Part shown: positions 8,548 through 17,300 of the stretch, in pieces
Layout of the letters: each line of letters starts with the position of its first letter
Numbering within the stretch: the first letter of the stretch is position 1
From: Candidatus Thorarchaeota archaeon
GTDB lineage: Archaea; Asgardarchaeota; Thorarchaeia; Thorarchaeales; Thorarchaeaceae
DNA length: 18,167 bases
Assembly (NCBI GenBank): GCA_048884785.1
Contig: JBHLQM010000065.1
Coordinates: forward strand, 1 to 18,167
Direction of reading: 5' to 3'
Notes under the pieces: model-generated
What the model saw: only the letters and a program-made list of their open reading frames with translations
The model's database searches: none
Told to the model about the DNA's origin: nothing
Program-made: the position numbers and the translations under genes

Positions 8548-8864
8548 AACAGAGTAGGAAGCGATACCTCATGTTTCGGTTGCACATGGATGGTCCTCCT
8601 ATTGCCGGACGCCAGCTGACTCATGAGATATGGAGGAGTTTTCAGTCCCTATTTGGCGAGGTCGAAACATCTGACGCCAGACTGTTTCTTAACGAGTATG
8701 ATGAAAAAACCGGCATAGGATATCTTCAGTGTAACATGTCCAGCCTTGAGAATGTAATAACTGCAGCTGCACTGATTGAGTCTATTGACAGAACTAGAGT
8801 TTCATTTGAGCCAAAAAGAGCCTCTGGTACAATCAAGTCTCTTCTTCGGAGAAAGTCACAATAA
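8544..8864 (+). CDS. rnp2: ribonuclease P protein component 2 (Pop5/Rpp14)
   Basis: RKRYL.F, IW.....LFGE, SGTIK.L motifs. ATGA overlap with rnp3. Confidence 0.92.
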   Translation: MKQSRKRYLMFRLHMDGPPIAGRQLTHEIWRSFQSLFGEVETSDARLFLNEYDEKTGIGYLQCNMSSLENVITAAALIESIDRTRVSFEPKRASGTIKSLLRRKSQ

Positions 8865-9258
8865 TCTCTACGGGTTGTCCATCATCTAAAATGAACGCTC
8901 TGGACTCCCATGTGCCAGTTTGCTTCGATGCTATCAACCACACAACTGAGTTCAATACCATGTTTTTCAGATCAGTTTTGGATGGGGCCGGTGGTGCCGG
9001 ATGTGAATGGAAGATGCACACAAGGTCTTCACCAAGCTCTTCCGCTTTGACAAAGAGATTGTACTGTAGCACAGGGTCAATGGAAAAAGTCGTTCTGGAC
9101 TCTGCCATATTTTCTGTCAATTCAACTCTGTTGACAACGATGGTATCTTCTTCTACAGACCCGAAGAGAAGTGCTACTGACTCGAGCGGCAAGCAGGTTT
9201 CAGCATGATGATACAGACGTTCCAGATGACCAGTTCCCAATCTGAGTCTATATTCCAA
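8833..9258 (-). CDS. JAMM/MPN+ (Mov34, M67) metallopeptidase
   Basis: P.E..ALL.G ... IFHSHP...APS.TD is an intact JAMM motif. TTG start. Confidence 0.93.
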   Translation of the reverse strand: MEYRLRLGTGHLERLYHHAETCLPLESVALLFGSVEEDTIVVNRVELTENMAESRTTFSIDPVLQYNLFVKAEELGEDLVCIFHSHPAPPAPSKTDLKNMVLNSVVWLIASKQTGTWESRAFILDDGQPVEIIVTFSEEET

Positions 9259-9271
9259 TTCACTTCCTCAA

Positions 9272-9709
9272 TCAAAATGGTGATTTGACGGTCTCAAGAA
9301 CGATGCAGGTTTCAACTTCGCCTACTCCTGGTACCTTTCCGAGACGCTTTTCCAAGAACGATTTCAAATCAGATAGGCCGTCAACAGTGACCTTAAGCAT
9401 CACACCACATGCACCATCTAGAAAATACGCTTCAATAACCTCGTCGTACTCTTTCATCTTCTCAGCAATTAGTGATGCCTGCTTCATCTGAGCCTTTACT
9501 CTGACAATCGCGCTAATCTTCTTTCCAATCTTTAGAGGATCAAGAACTACTGTAAACTGTTTGATAATGCCCTCTTTTTGCAGGCGCCGAACTCGTCGCC
9601 TGATTGTAACTTCGGTCTTATCAACGGCCTTTGCAATCTCACTAAATGATACTCGGCCATCTTCTTGGAGCATACTAACAATCCGTTTATCAGTATCATC
9701 AAGAGTCAA
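9272..9709 (-). CDS. Lrp/AsnC family transcriptional regulator
   Basis: LDDTDKRI..LQEDGR.SFSEIAK...E.T.RRRV.RL...GII HTH plus RAM domain. Confidence 0.95.
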   Translation of the reverse strand: MTLDDTDKRIVSMLQEDGRVSFSEIAKAVDKTEVTIRRRVRRLQKEGIIKQFTVVLDPLKIGKKISAIVRVKAQMKQASLIAEKMKEYDEVIEAYFLDGACGVMLKVTVDGLSDLKSFLEKRLGKVPGVGEVETCIVLETVKSPF

Positions 9710-9786
9710 TTTTGTGTCCTCAAGGAAATTCTATGGCGCAACATGCATCGAAGGAGTGCGGTACCACATATACCTTGCGAAACTGA

Positions 9787-9808
9787 ACAAATTTTATGCT
9801 AAATTTGT
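9787..9808. promoter_or_regulatory. perfect 8-6-8 inverted repeat upstream of lrp (candidate operator)
   Basis: ACAAATTT-TATGCT-AAATTTGT. Confidence 0.45.
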
Positions 9809-9852
9809 ACGATGTCGAAAATAATTATGTGCAATAGACCAGAAAGAAGCAA

Positions 9853-10671
9853 TTACAGTATCTTCAGTTCTTTGTCAATGATTGCCTCTCCATGTTCTGA
9901 CATTATGGCTACCAATTCAATGTGGTTCGTTATCTCAGAGGCATTTCTGATCTTTCTCTCAAGAAGCTCTTGTATCTGAAAAATTCCAGAGGCGTTGTTC
10001 ATTGTGACTTCTATGCGCACAGGCTTAAGCTCGCCCTTCTTGATTTTTACATCCTCAATCGCCATAGCTGATGCGGAGTGAATATTGACACTACCCTGCT
10101 CAAAGGGTATTCTGGCTCTTCCCTTCGTCATGTCGAGAGCATCTGCGATACCTACCACACCGGCCTCTATCGTGCTCGGAGTGATGAACTTGTCGTGGCA
10201 GAGAATGGCGTGAAGGACATGCCCTCTGATGTGGATTTGTTTTCGAAAATCCTTTGGATATACCTTCTTCAGAATCCTTTCAACAATCGGTGTTGCTAGA
10301 GTCACTGAGAAAATGTTGTGGCTCTCACGATGAACTGTCATTCCGAGATCATGTAAATAACATCCCAGAAGAACCACTACTTGTGCATCCTGAAATGTAC
10401 CTGTTTCCTCCTGTTCTAGTGTTGTCTTGACTCCTTGTTCTAGCGTGTTTAGAAGCTGAATCCCATTTTTCACCACGATAAGAGAATGGGTATGTCCGTG
10501 ATCAGAGTACCCCATCCTATCGATTGCCATGCGATTCGTATCCTCAAGCATGGTCTGTACTTCAATATCTTTTTCTAATTCATCAAAGGCTATAATGCAG
10601 AGTGGATTCTCATTGAATCCCTTTCTCACTCTGTCTTTCAATGTCTGTCTATATTTCTGGGCTTTCGCCAA
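9853..10671 (-). CDS. HD-domain metal-dependent phosphohydrolase (COG3294-like)
   Basis: R.GYSDHG..H, YLHDLG...HR..H, LHAI..HD, EAG...IADALDM.KGRARIPF. Confidence 0.92.
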   Translation of the reverse strand: MAKAQKYRQTLKDRVRKGFNENPLCIIAFDELEKDIEVQTMLEDTNRMAIDRMGYSDHGHTHSLIVVKNGIQLLNTLEQGVKTTLEQEETGTFQDAQVVVLLGCYLHDLGMTVHRESHNIFSVTLATPIVERILKKVYPKDFRKQIHIRGHVLHAILCHDKFITPSTIEAGVVGIADALDMTKGRARIPFEQGSVNIHSASAMAIEDVKIKKGELKPVRIEVTMNNASGIFQIQELLERKIRNASEITNHIELVAIMSEHGEAIIDKELKIL

Positions 10672-10813
10672 ATGTTTGACCCCCTCTAGGATCTATTCCT
10701 TTTTCTTCAATAACTGCCCCTGTAAGAAACATCTTTGTTAAGTCGGTTTTGATTTTGCTGAAATCAGTCAGAATGCAACATCTGTCGGGTTCCTATCTTC
10801 AATAGACTGGCAA

Positions 10814-11695
10814 CTATGATGTAGTTGCTGAGGTTTCAATCTGGGAAACAGAATTTATTTTGTCTTGACTCTTCTTCCTTCGAGATAGGTAATAAAGGCT
10901 TACAATCAGGATATATGAGATGTAGGCAACCACTTCAAGTGCTGAAGGGTTTCCATTGTACCCAAATAGCGCCTTTGCTAATCCACCAATAGCGCCTCTC
11001 TCATGAAGCAAAGGATAACTCCCATCTGGTAGCTGTGGTGGATTAATGTTCCATATTTCGATAGGGCCGATTAGTAGCAATCCCGCCTCTTGAAGTTCAT
11101 GAATTCCGTATGCTATCATTCCGGCTGCAAAGAGCACGAGAAACACGGAGGTCCAGTTGAAGAAACTCTTCAGGCTAATCCTCAGGGATCCTTTGTAGAT
11201 GCCAATACCAATGACAACTGCCAGACCAAGGCCGATGGTGACACCAAGGTAGGTCTGAGTAGCGTCCTGAACCGCAAGTGCAATTGTGAACAGAACCAGT
11301 TCAACGCCTTCTCTCAAGATGAGTGCAAAGGCAAGAATTGCTAGTCCAATCCCTCCTCTGGCTCCTGTCTTTTCTTGTATAGACCCCTCAATCTCAGAGG
11401 CTATTCCTGCACCAGCGTTCCACATCCAGAGGATCATCGTCGTAAGCAGAAATGCGGCTATAAGAACAACTGTACCCTCAAATATGGCTAAAGCAACTCC
11501 TTCGAACATTCCCCATACAAGTCCTAGGACCAGCCCAACGACACCACTCACCAAGACAGCGAATATTGTGCCTGCTATGACGTAGTGCTTCAAGTTCATT
11601 CTATTTGTACGTCGGAGATAAGAGAACATTATCGCAATGATTAGAGCTGCTTCAATTCCCTCTCTCAGAGCTATGGTTGCGGGTCCCACGAACAT
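10814..11695 (-). CDS. FTR1/EfeU family iron permease
   Basis: Two REGxE motifs (LREGIE, LREGVE), GIHELQEAG, LFGYN..PS, about 7 TM segments. Confidence 0.95.
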   Translation of the reverse strand: MFVGPATIALREGIEAALIIAIMFSYLRRTNRMNLKHYVIAGTIFAVLVSGVVGLVLGLVWGMFEGVALAIFEGTVVLIAAFLLTTMILWMWNAGAGIASEIEGSIQEKTGARGGIGLAILAFALILREGVELVLFTIALAVQDATQTYLGVTIGLGLAVVIGIGIYKGSLRISLKSFFNWTSVFLVLFAAGMIAYGIHELQEAGLLLIGPIEIWNINPPQLPDGSYPLLHERGAIGGLAKALFGYNGNPSALEVVAYISYILIVSLYYLSRRKKSQDKINSVSQIETSATTS

Positions 11696-11808
11696 CTACT
11701 AACACCATTAACTATCGTTACGCTCAGTTTCTTTCTTTATAATTTAAACTATCGCATCTGTACTAGGGTTTCAATGGGAGTATGACAGCTTTCCGTCAGT
11801 TCTCTGAG

Positions 11809-12084
11809 CTAGCTTGGCCGCTGGTCCTCCTCATGTCCAGTCCTGAGATTTATTGGCATGACTTTGGGAGCTTCTCCGAGAGCTCTTGTCTGATTCACTG
11901 GACCAGAGGTCATTCCAGCAGAACTGGAATCACCCTCCTCAGGTGTATGCCCCCTCGGACGCAGAGTCTTTGAATATCCATAGAAGACCAGTCCAATCAA
12001 GACTCCTGCAATAAGTAGGTAGAATGCAATCATTACATAGCCCTGAGTGAAGTACGCAAGAATCCCTTTAATATTTTCTAGCAA
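11809..12084 (-). CDS. small single-pass membrane protein
   Basis: One TM helix plus a polar tail. Co-oriented between the MFS and FTR1 genes. Start uncertain. Confidence 0.6.
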   Translation of the reverse strand: MLENIKGILAYFTQGYVMIAFYLLIAGVLIGLVFYGYSKTLRPRGHTPEEGDSSSAGMTSGPVNQTRALGEAPKVMPINLRTGHEEDQRPS

Positions 12085-12124
12085 TGGTTCAGTGGTTCAG
12101 AAGGAATCTATCCTACAACCATTG

Positions 12125-13465
12125 CTACTTGCTTGACTCCCCTTTTCTCAACCCCATTGCCAAGATGCCAACCAAGACAAGGACGACTCCTCCCATGAAT
12201 ACCAAATCAACAAGAGTTGATCCCTGACTTAGCAACCATCCACCTCCAGTCGAACCAATTGCGAATCCAATAATTCCTAGCGTCTGGAGTACGGATACGA
12301 CTTCATCAGAACCAGATGTATGGGCATGTTCATGTTCATGACTCGTTATGGAGAATGGATTCCCGGGTGCTTGGCCAATAAAATAGTGGCGATGTTCGTG
12401 TGATACTGTATTCATTGGAGTGAACTCCATTGCGGCATCATTTCGAGCAGGCTCTAGAAAGCCCTCTGACAGACCTGCTAAGGCCAAAAACGAAGTGAGC
12501 ACCATGAATGACGACGCGTATGGATAGAAGACAACAATTAGTCCCTTTGCTATCAGACTGAGTCCCAGTGGCAATACGCTTCCTGTCCTATCGACCAATT
12601 TGCCGGTGTAGAGCTGAGAACCTCCCCACACTGCATCTCCCACAAGATATCCAAATCCAATCTGATCTACAGGAATGCCATTGTTGTTTATCATGATTGA
12701 TAGCCCTGGGGTATAGATTCCGTGTGAAAAATCATAGAGCATGTATATTCCGAGAAGGATTAGAAGATTTCTTGAGATCAGTGATCGTAACAAAAGGCTT
12801 GGATGGCTGTGGCCGTGATTTCTAATACTGTTGTTAGCACAAAACTGTTCGATGCCCCTCAGGAAAGGAGTCATCCCCGCCAATATCAAAAATGCAGCCG
12901 CTGTCAATAATAGTCCGATCGTCATGATTGCCTCGGACTGAGACATCATGAATAGTAGTCCAAGTTGTTCCATAGCATAGCCTGCGATTCCTTGCCCCAA
13001 AGCAGAGCCAAGGAAGACTGCAGCAAGTAGAGTGCCTACTGATTCTCCCCTACAAGACTCGAATCCAGATGATATTCGAATAATAATTATCGTTAATAGT
13101 CCTGCGCCTGCCCCCTCAGCTATTCGTGCTAGGACAATTATGTCTGGAGATGCCGATAATCCGATAGTCAGGCCAAAGACACTGAGAAGGACTCCCCCAA
13201 AAAAGAGAGCGGGTCTTTGTCTGGAAAATACCTTACTAAGGACTGTTAGACCAAGGACTTGCCCGATCGATGATAAAGACCCTCCCCAAGCGATCAGAGA
13301 CTCTGTACCGCCTTGGTTGAGAATCTGAAATGGGAAAACGAACCTGAGTACGCCTCCTGCTAGTCCCAGTGCAAATATCAGAATGAACAGGTTTCGAATA
13401 GTAGGTTCTCTTCGAATCAACCAGCTACTCTCTTGAGAAGCATTCTCCATTTTGGTGTGTCCCAT
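12125..13465 (-). CDS. MFS transporter with His-rich loops
   Basis: About 12 TM segments, ARI.EG.G.G, G.LVDRTG (MFS motif A-like); HGHSH and HEHRH...HEHEHAH inserts. Confidence 0.92.
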   Translation of the reverse strand: MGHTKMENASQESSWLIRREPTIRNLFILIFALGLAGGVLRFVFPFQILNQGGTESLIAWGGSLSSIGQVLGLTVLSKVFSRQRPALFFGGVLLSVFGLTIGLSASPDIIVLARIAEGAGAGLLTIIIIRISSGFESCRGESVGTLLAAVFLGSALGQGIAGYAMEQLGLLFMMSQSEAIMTIGLLLTAAAFLILAGMTPFLRGIEQFCANNSIRNHGHSHPSLLLRSLISRNLLILLGIYMLYDFSHGIYTPGLSIMINNNGIPVDQIGFGYLVGDAVWGGSQLYTGKLVDRTGSVLPLGLSLIAKGLIVVFYPYASSFMVLTSFLALAGLSEGFLEPARNDAAMEFTPMNTVSHEHRHYFIGQAPGNPFSITSHEHEHAHTSGSDEVVSVLQTLGIIGFAIGSTGGGWLLSQGSTLVDLVFMGGVVLVLVGILAMGLRKGESSK

Positions 13466-13477
13466 TCCTGCGTTTCA

Positions 13478-13496
13478 ATGATTTTCTTATAATCAT
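13478..13496. promoter_or_regulatory. inverted repeat overlapping the probable TATA box of the MFS gene
   Basis: ATGATT-N7-AATCAT, with TTATAAG on the minus strand inside it. Confidence 0.4.
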
Positions 13497-13528
13497 AGTT
13501 CCGGGGGAACAATGTCAATCAGTACATT

Positions 13529-14227
13529 CTAGTAGAGTCTGGCCGCATCTTCCAAGATGCTATCTACTATTGCCAGTAGTTGGTCTCTAGTAAAATCAGG
13601 AACAGACCAGTCGTATCTCGAAGGCATATATGGTGCTCCATACAAGATGGCATCTCCTTCGAGGTAATCCCCTAGTGGCGTGGGGATTATGAATATCCCT
13701 TCTCTTCGGAACATCGAGAGATTATCGATGTCAATCCTTTTTTCCCATCTATAGAAGATTCTTGGTAGTTTCGCCTTGCTAGTTTGAACACTCTGGGGAC
13801 TACCTCTGAAAGCAATGGCATAGAGATGACCGCTCAGTCCATGAGCAAGTAGATACACATCTTTCACTTGTACTACCACATATCTGCCAACTAGAACTGG
13901 AACAGGGGGACTGAGCTGTTCCAGCTTCTCAAAGCCTGTGATTAGTACCGATGATCCCACACCATGATAGATTAGCAAAATAACCCCAATTATTGCCAGT
14001 AGAAGCGAGACTCCAAGAGTCAAAATAACTGCCAAATCTGCAAGACCGCCAAGTGGTGAAATAGCAACAATGAAAATCGAAAGTGGTGAAAGTAGAAGTG
14101 CGACTCCTATTATCGAATATTTTCGTGCACGAGCTCTGTATTCCGATTTAATAGAATCTGCCTCACTATAAGCAGAATAGGTTCGCTCATCGTCTGCATA
14201 ATCTGTAAAATCTGAATCCCCAGTCAT
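13529..14227 (-). CDS. hypothetical membrane protein (2 N-terminal TM helices plus soluble domain)
   Basis: 232-aa ORF with two hydrophobic helices. Confidence 0.8.
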   Translation of the reverse strand: MTGDSDFTDYADDERTYSAYSEADSIKSEYRARARKYSIIGVALLLSPLSIFIVAISPLGGLADLAVILTLGVSLLLAIIGVILLIYHGVGSSVLITGFEKLEQLSPPVPVLVGRYVVVQVKDVYLLAHGLSGHLYAIAFRGSPQSVQTSKAKLPRIFYRWEKRIDIDNLSMFRREGIFIIPTPLGDYLEGDAILYGAPYMPSRYDWSVPDFTRDQLLAIVDSILEDAARLY

Positions 14228-14291
14228 CCTATGACGACCCTCTCGCGAACGCTCAAAAGGATTCCCTCACAAGATATCCTCGGGATTCTCA

Positions 14292-14729
14292 TTGGTAACC
14301 ATTCGGAGAGCTGAATTAGGGGATATTGAAGCTGTCCTCGTTTTAGCCAATACACACGGTGTCTTCGATTCGCCGCTTTCTGAGGCTGATTTGCAGATCA
14401 CGCGGGCGTTTCCTGATGGGTTCATAATTGCAGAACATCAGGGCACTCTTGCAGGTGTTGCCATTGGTTATATCAAAGATGTACCCTCTGTGGTCCTGGC
14501 AAATTGGAATGCATCAATGGTAGGTCAAGTTGAACTTCTTGTAGTTAATCCTCATTTTAGAAGGCATGGTATTGGAAGAATGCTAATGGAGCATCTACTC
14601 AATACATTTTCTATTAATGGAGTTGACATGGTAACGTTGTATTGTCCCGCAGAGGCAATCGATGCTAAGAGCATTTACGATAGAATCGGATTCACAACCC
14701 GTGCATATGCTATGTGGAAACGGTTGTAG
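14292..14729 (+). CDS. GNAT family N-acetyltransferase
   Basis: V.P.FRRHGIGR.L acetyl-CoA motif A, and A..IY.R.GF. Confidence 0.93.
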   Translation: MVTIRRAELGDIEAVLVLANTHGVFDSPLSEADLQITRAFPDGFIIAEHQGTLAGVAIGYIKDVPSVVLANWNASMVGQVELLVVNPHFRRHGIGRMLMEHLLNTFSINGVDMVTLYCPAEAIDAKSIYDRIGFTTRAYAMWKRL

Positions 14730-14774
14730 TCTAACTACAATCCGAATGCCAAAACACAGTTTCCGGCAAAACAA

Positions 14775-15329
14775 TCACTCAATAAATCGCTTCATGAACA
14801 CTGCAACTTCGTATTCAGTAAGGTCTCTATTGGTGTAGTATGAGAGGTCAATTGCCCCAATCTCAAATCCTACACTGCGGTAGAAACGAATGGCAGGGAC
14901 ATTGGTGTTCTGCGTTTCGCACAACATCACCCGACACCCTGCTTTTCTTCCAATATCTACCATATGACTCATGAGTTGTTTGCCCAGACCCATACCCCTA
15001 TACTCCGGCTCAATGTGAAACTCCCAAATCCAAAGTGTCCTATTCCAAGCTTGCTTTTCTGCGATAGCGATACCTAGCAATTTGCCATCCTCATATACTC
15101 CGGCTGACAATCCGCCTTTGACGATCTGACTATAGCGTTCATCGTTCTCTATTTCGGGATACCAACGCTTCTGGTATGGCTCTTCAAGTTCCTGCAAATT
15201 AAGAGAAATGCTTGTGTGGTAATCGGTCTCGGTTTTCTCAATATGATATCTGAAAGACGAAGTGTAGCCTCTCACAAGTTCATGGAATCTATCCAAATCT
15301 AGGTCTATTAGAGGTTTTATTTCCACCAT
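14775..15329 (-). CDS. GNAT family N-acetyltransferase (streptothricin acetyltransferase-like)
   Basis: WN, PEYRGMGLGK.L, ETQNTNVPAIRFY...GF.IG.ID..YY. Confidence 0.92.
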   Translation of the reverse strand: MVEIKPLIDLDLDRFHELVRGYTSSFRYHIEKTETDYHTSISLNLQELEEPYQKRWYPEIENDERYSQIVKGGLSAGVYEDGKLLGIAIAEKQAWNRTLWIWEFHIEPEYRGMGLGKQLMSHMVDIGRKAGCRVMLCETQNTNVPAIRFYRSVGFEIGAIDLSYYTNRDLTEYEVAVFMKRFIE

Positions 15330-15386
15330 ATTTCTCACAATTCAAGAGAGAGATAGATGTGCTAAAACGCTTTTGAATCGCCGTCA

Positions 15387-15643
15387 TCAAAGTCTGATTG
15401 GATTGGGGCCAATTTTTCTGATTTCTTCGGCGAACTTGTTTCCCTCAGCTGCTGAAACAAACACCATCTTCACTCTTTCCTCATTCAGACCAAGGTGGCC
15501 AACGAGCTTCTGTGCGAATCTCATCCTTCGTTCAGCCCCCAAGGCCCCGGTCTAAAACACTTAGTCGCTAAGGTGGCAGCCAATCACAATGACAACATAC
15601 GCTTCTCCTGCAGCGTGTTCGGGATGCAATTGATGTTGCGCCT
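15387..15643 (-). pseudogene. mvhD: 5'-truncated, degenerate mvhD paralog
   Basis: Translates as NINCIPNTLQE/[frameshift]/AYVVIVIGCHLSD*VF*TGALGAERRMRFAQKLVGHLGLNEERVKMVFVSAAEGNKFAEEIRKIGPNPIRL*, colinear with the intact gene at 16890-17300. Confidence 0.93.
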
Positions 15644-15654
15644 ATGCAACGTAT

Positions 15655-16800
15655 TCAGCTATCTATACTCTTCTTATCCCTAATCTCCTGCATCCTCAAG
15701 TTATAGATGAATATTCTTTCAGAATCAGGAACTAATTGACTTGACTCAATCTCAAGAGCTTTTCTTACATAATCTTCGGCCAATTCAATGAGTTGTTCCT
15801 TCAGATATCTATTTCCAACACAATAATGGGCATAAGACGAATTAGGGTATTCTTGTACGTAGGTTTCTGCAATTTCCAATGCCTCAGCTTTTTTTCCTTG
15901 TCTATGCATGCTGCTTACAAGTTGGGAGTAAGTTGATTCTGGTATAGACACTTCGTAACCGTACTTTTCTGAAAGTTTCTTGTAAAACGAGTATATGGTA
16001 TCTAATCCGCTGTCAATGATTTCTTCTGAAATTACATAATCAGAATAAAGCGCCCTCAACCCTTCGAATATTGCTTTGTATGGACCGAAGATGTGGTCTT
16101 CAGAAGGAAGCTCTACAACCTTGAATCGAGAACCCTCCTTCAGATTACTTTTCAGAAGTGGAATGAAACCATCCCTGACACTTCGCCCCATGTCTCCCCC
16201 CTCCAATGATCCAATGGTTACAATCAAGGGTTTATCAGACACTTTTTTCTGCGACAGCAAGGATTTGGCCCGCTCTACATAGAGGTCTTCATCCCACCAT
16301 AGGCTTGGACTAATAGCCAAATAGGCAGAGAAAAGCTCAGAGTGATACATGAAGCTATGAATGGTTAACAATCCACCTAGCGACCAACCTGCTAGAATCC
16401 TATATGGATGTGTCCTATATTCTTCTTCCAGCATGGGCACAAGCTCTTTTTCCAGGAATTCAAGAAATCTATCAGCACCTCCACTTGTTGGAAATTCCAA
16501 ACCTCCTCGCTGCTTAGGCGCGAAAGTTGGTGTATAATCCCGATTTCGATCCACATTGACAATCCCAACAATAATCATCTCTGGAATCGGTTTAGTGCCA
16601 ATATACCCGCACTCTGATAGAAATTCGACTGAAGCAACAGCTTGTTGGAAAAAGAACTCAGCGTCCAACAAGAAGAGTACAGGATACTTCTTGTCAGTAA
16701 CTTCATAGTTTTTGGGACATCTAATGAGAACTATCCTATCTTCTCCAAGAATCTTGGACTTCACTACTATCCGCTTTCCAAGAACAATCTCCTTAGTTAT
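15655..16800 (-). CDS. alpha/beta hydrolase (IroE/BesA-like esterase) with C-terminal TPR-like helices
   Basis: YPVLFLLDA, R.RDYTP, GGA..FL.FL..EL.P, GWSLGG elbow, SPSLWW, EDH. First canonical start is GTG 16764; ATA 16800 is proposed as the real start. Confidence 0.92.
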   Translation of the reverse strand: MTKEIVLGKRIVVKSKILGEDRIVLIRCPKNYEVTDKKYPVLFLLDAEFFFQQAVASVEFLSECGYIGTKPIPEMIIVGIVNVDRNRDYTPTFAPKQRGGLEFPTSGGADRFLEFLEKELVPMLEEEYRTHPYRILAGWSLGGLLTIHSFMYHSELFSAYLAISPSLWWDEDLYVERAKSLLSQKKVSDKPLIVTIGSLEGGDMGRSVRDGFIPLLKSNLKEGSRFKVVELPSEDHIFGPYKAIFEGLRALYSDYVISEEIIDSGLDTIYSFYKKLSEKYGYEVSIPESTYSQLVSSMHRQGKKAEALEIAETYVQEYPNSSYAHYCVGNRYLKEQLIELAEDYVRKALEIESSQLVPDSERIFIYNLRMQEIRDKKSIDS

Positions 16801-16889
16801 CTTAATTCACCTTACCAAGAATACTTACTGCTTTGCTGTGCGTGAAGCGCTGGGTCTATTATATAAGAAATGTGAATTCAGAAGCTCTG

Positions 16890-17300
16890 CTATAATCTAA
16901 TCGGATTTGGTCCAATCTTCCTGATCTCTTCGGCAAACTTGTTGATCTCTGACGCGAACTTGTCGCCTTCTGCGGCAGACACAAATACCATCTTCACCCG
17001 GTCCTCATTTAGACCCAACTGGCCCACCAACTTCCTTGCAAATCTCACCCTTCGCTCTGCCCCCAGGTTTCCTGTCTTATACGCGCAGTCGCCAGGATGA
17101 CAACCAATCACGATCACCCCATCTGCTCCTTCTTGCAGTGCCTTCAAAATGAAGTTTATGTCAAGTCTTGCGGTGCAGGGCATGCGGATGATTCTCGCAG
17201 ATACATCGTACTGGTATTTCATGGTCCCTGCAAGGTCGGAAGCGGCGTACATGCACTGCATGCATCCAAGGACTATGATGTTCATATCTTTCGGGGGCAT
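16890..17300 (-). CDS. mvhD: hydrogenase iron-sulfur subunit MvhD/FlpD (all-Cys form)
   Basis: C..C.Y.A.DLAG....QY, PCT.R.D, GADGV...GCHPGDC.Y..GN, SAAEG..F, GPNP. Confidence 0.96.
   Translation of the reverse strand: MPPKDMNIIVLGCMQCMYAASDLAGTMKYQYDVSARIIRMPCTARLDINFILKALQEGADGVIVIGCHPGDCAYKTGNLGAERRVRFARKLVGQLGLNEDRVKMVFVSAAEGDKFASEINKFAEEIRKIGPNPIRL

Noticed and set aside
12084-12100. 8-nt tandem repeat CTGAACCA and an in-frame TGA upstream of the small membrane protein (possible Sec or frameshift)
   Set aside because: No credible upstream start, SECIS or redox motif.
14729-14770. GTCTAAC after the GNAT stop as an integron attC R'' box
   Set aside because: No matching GTTRRRY or hairpin, the next gene is convergent, and no integron integrase is present.
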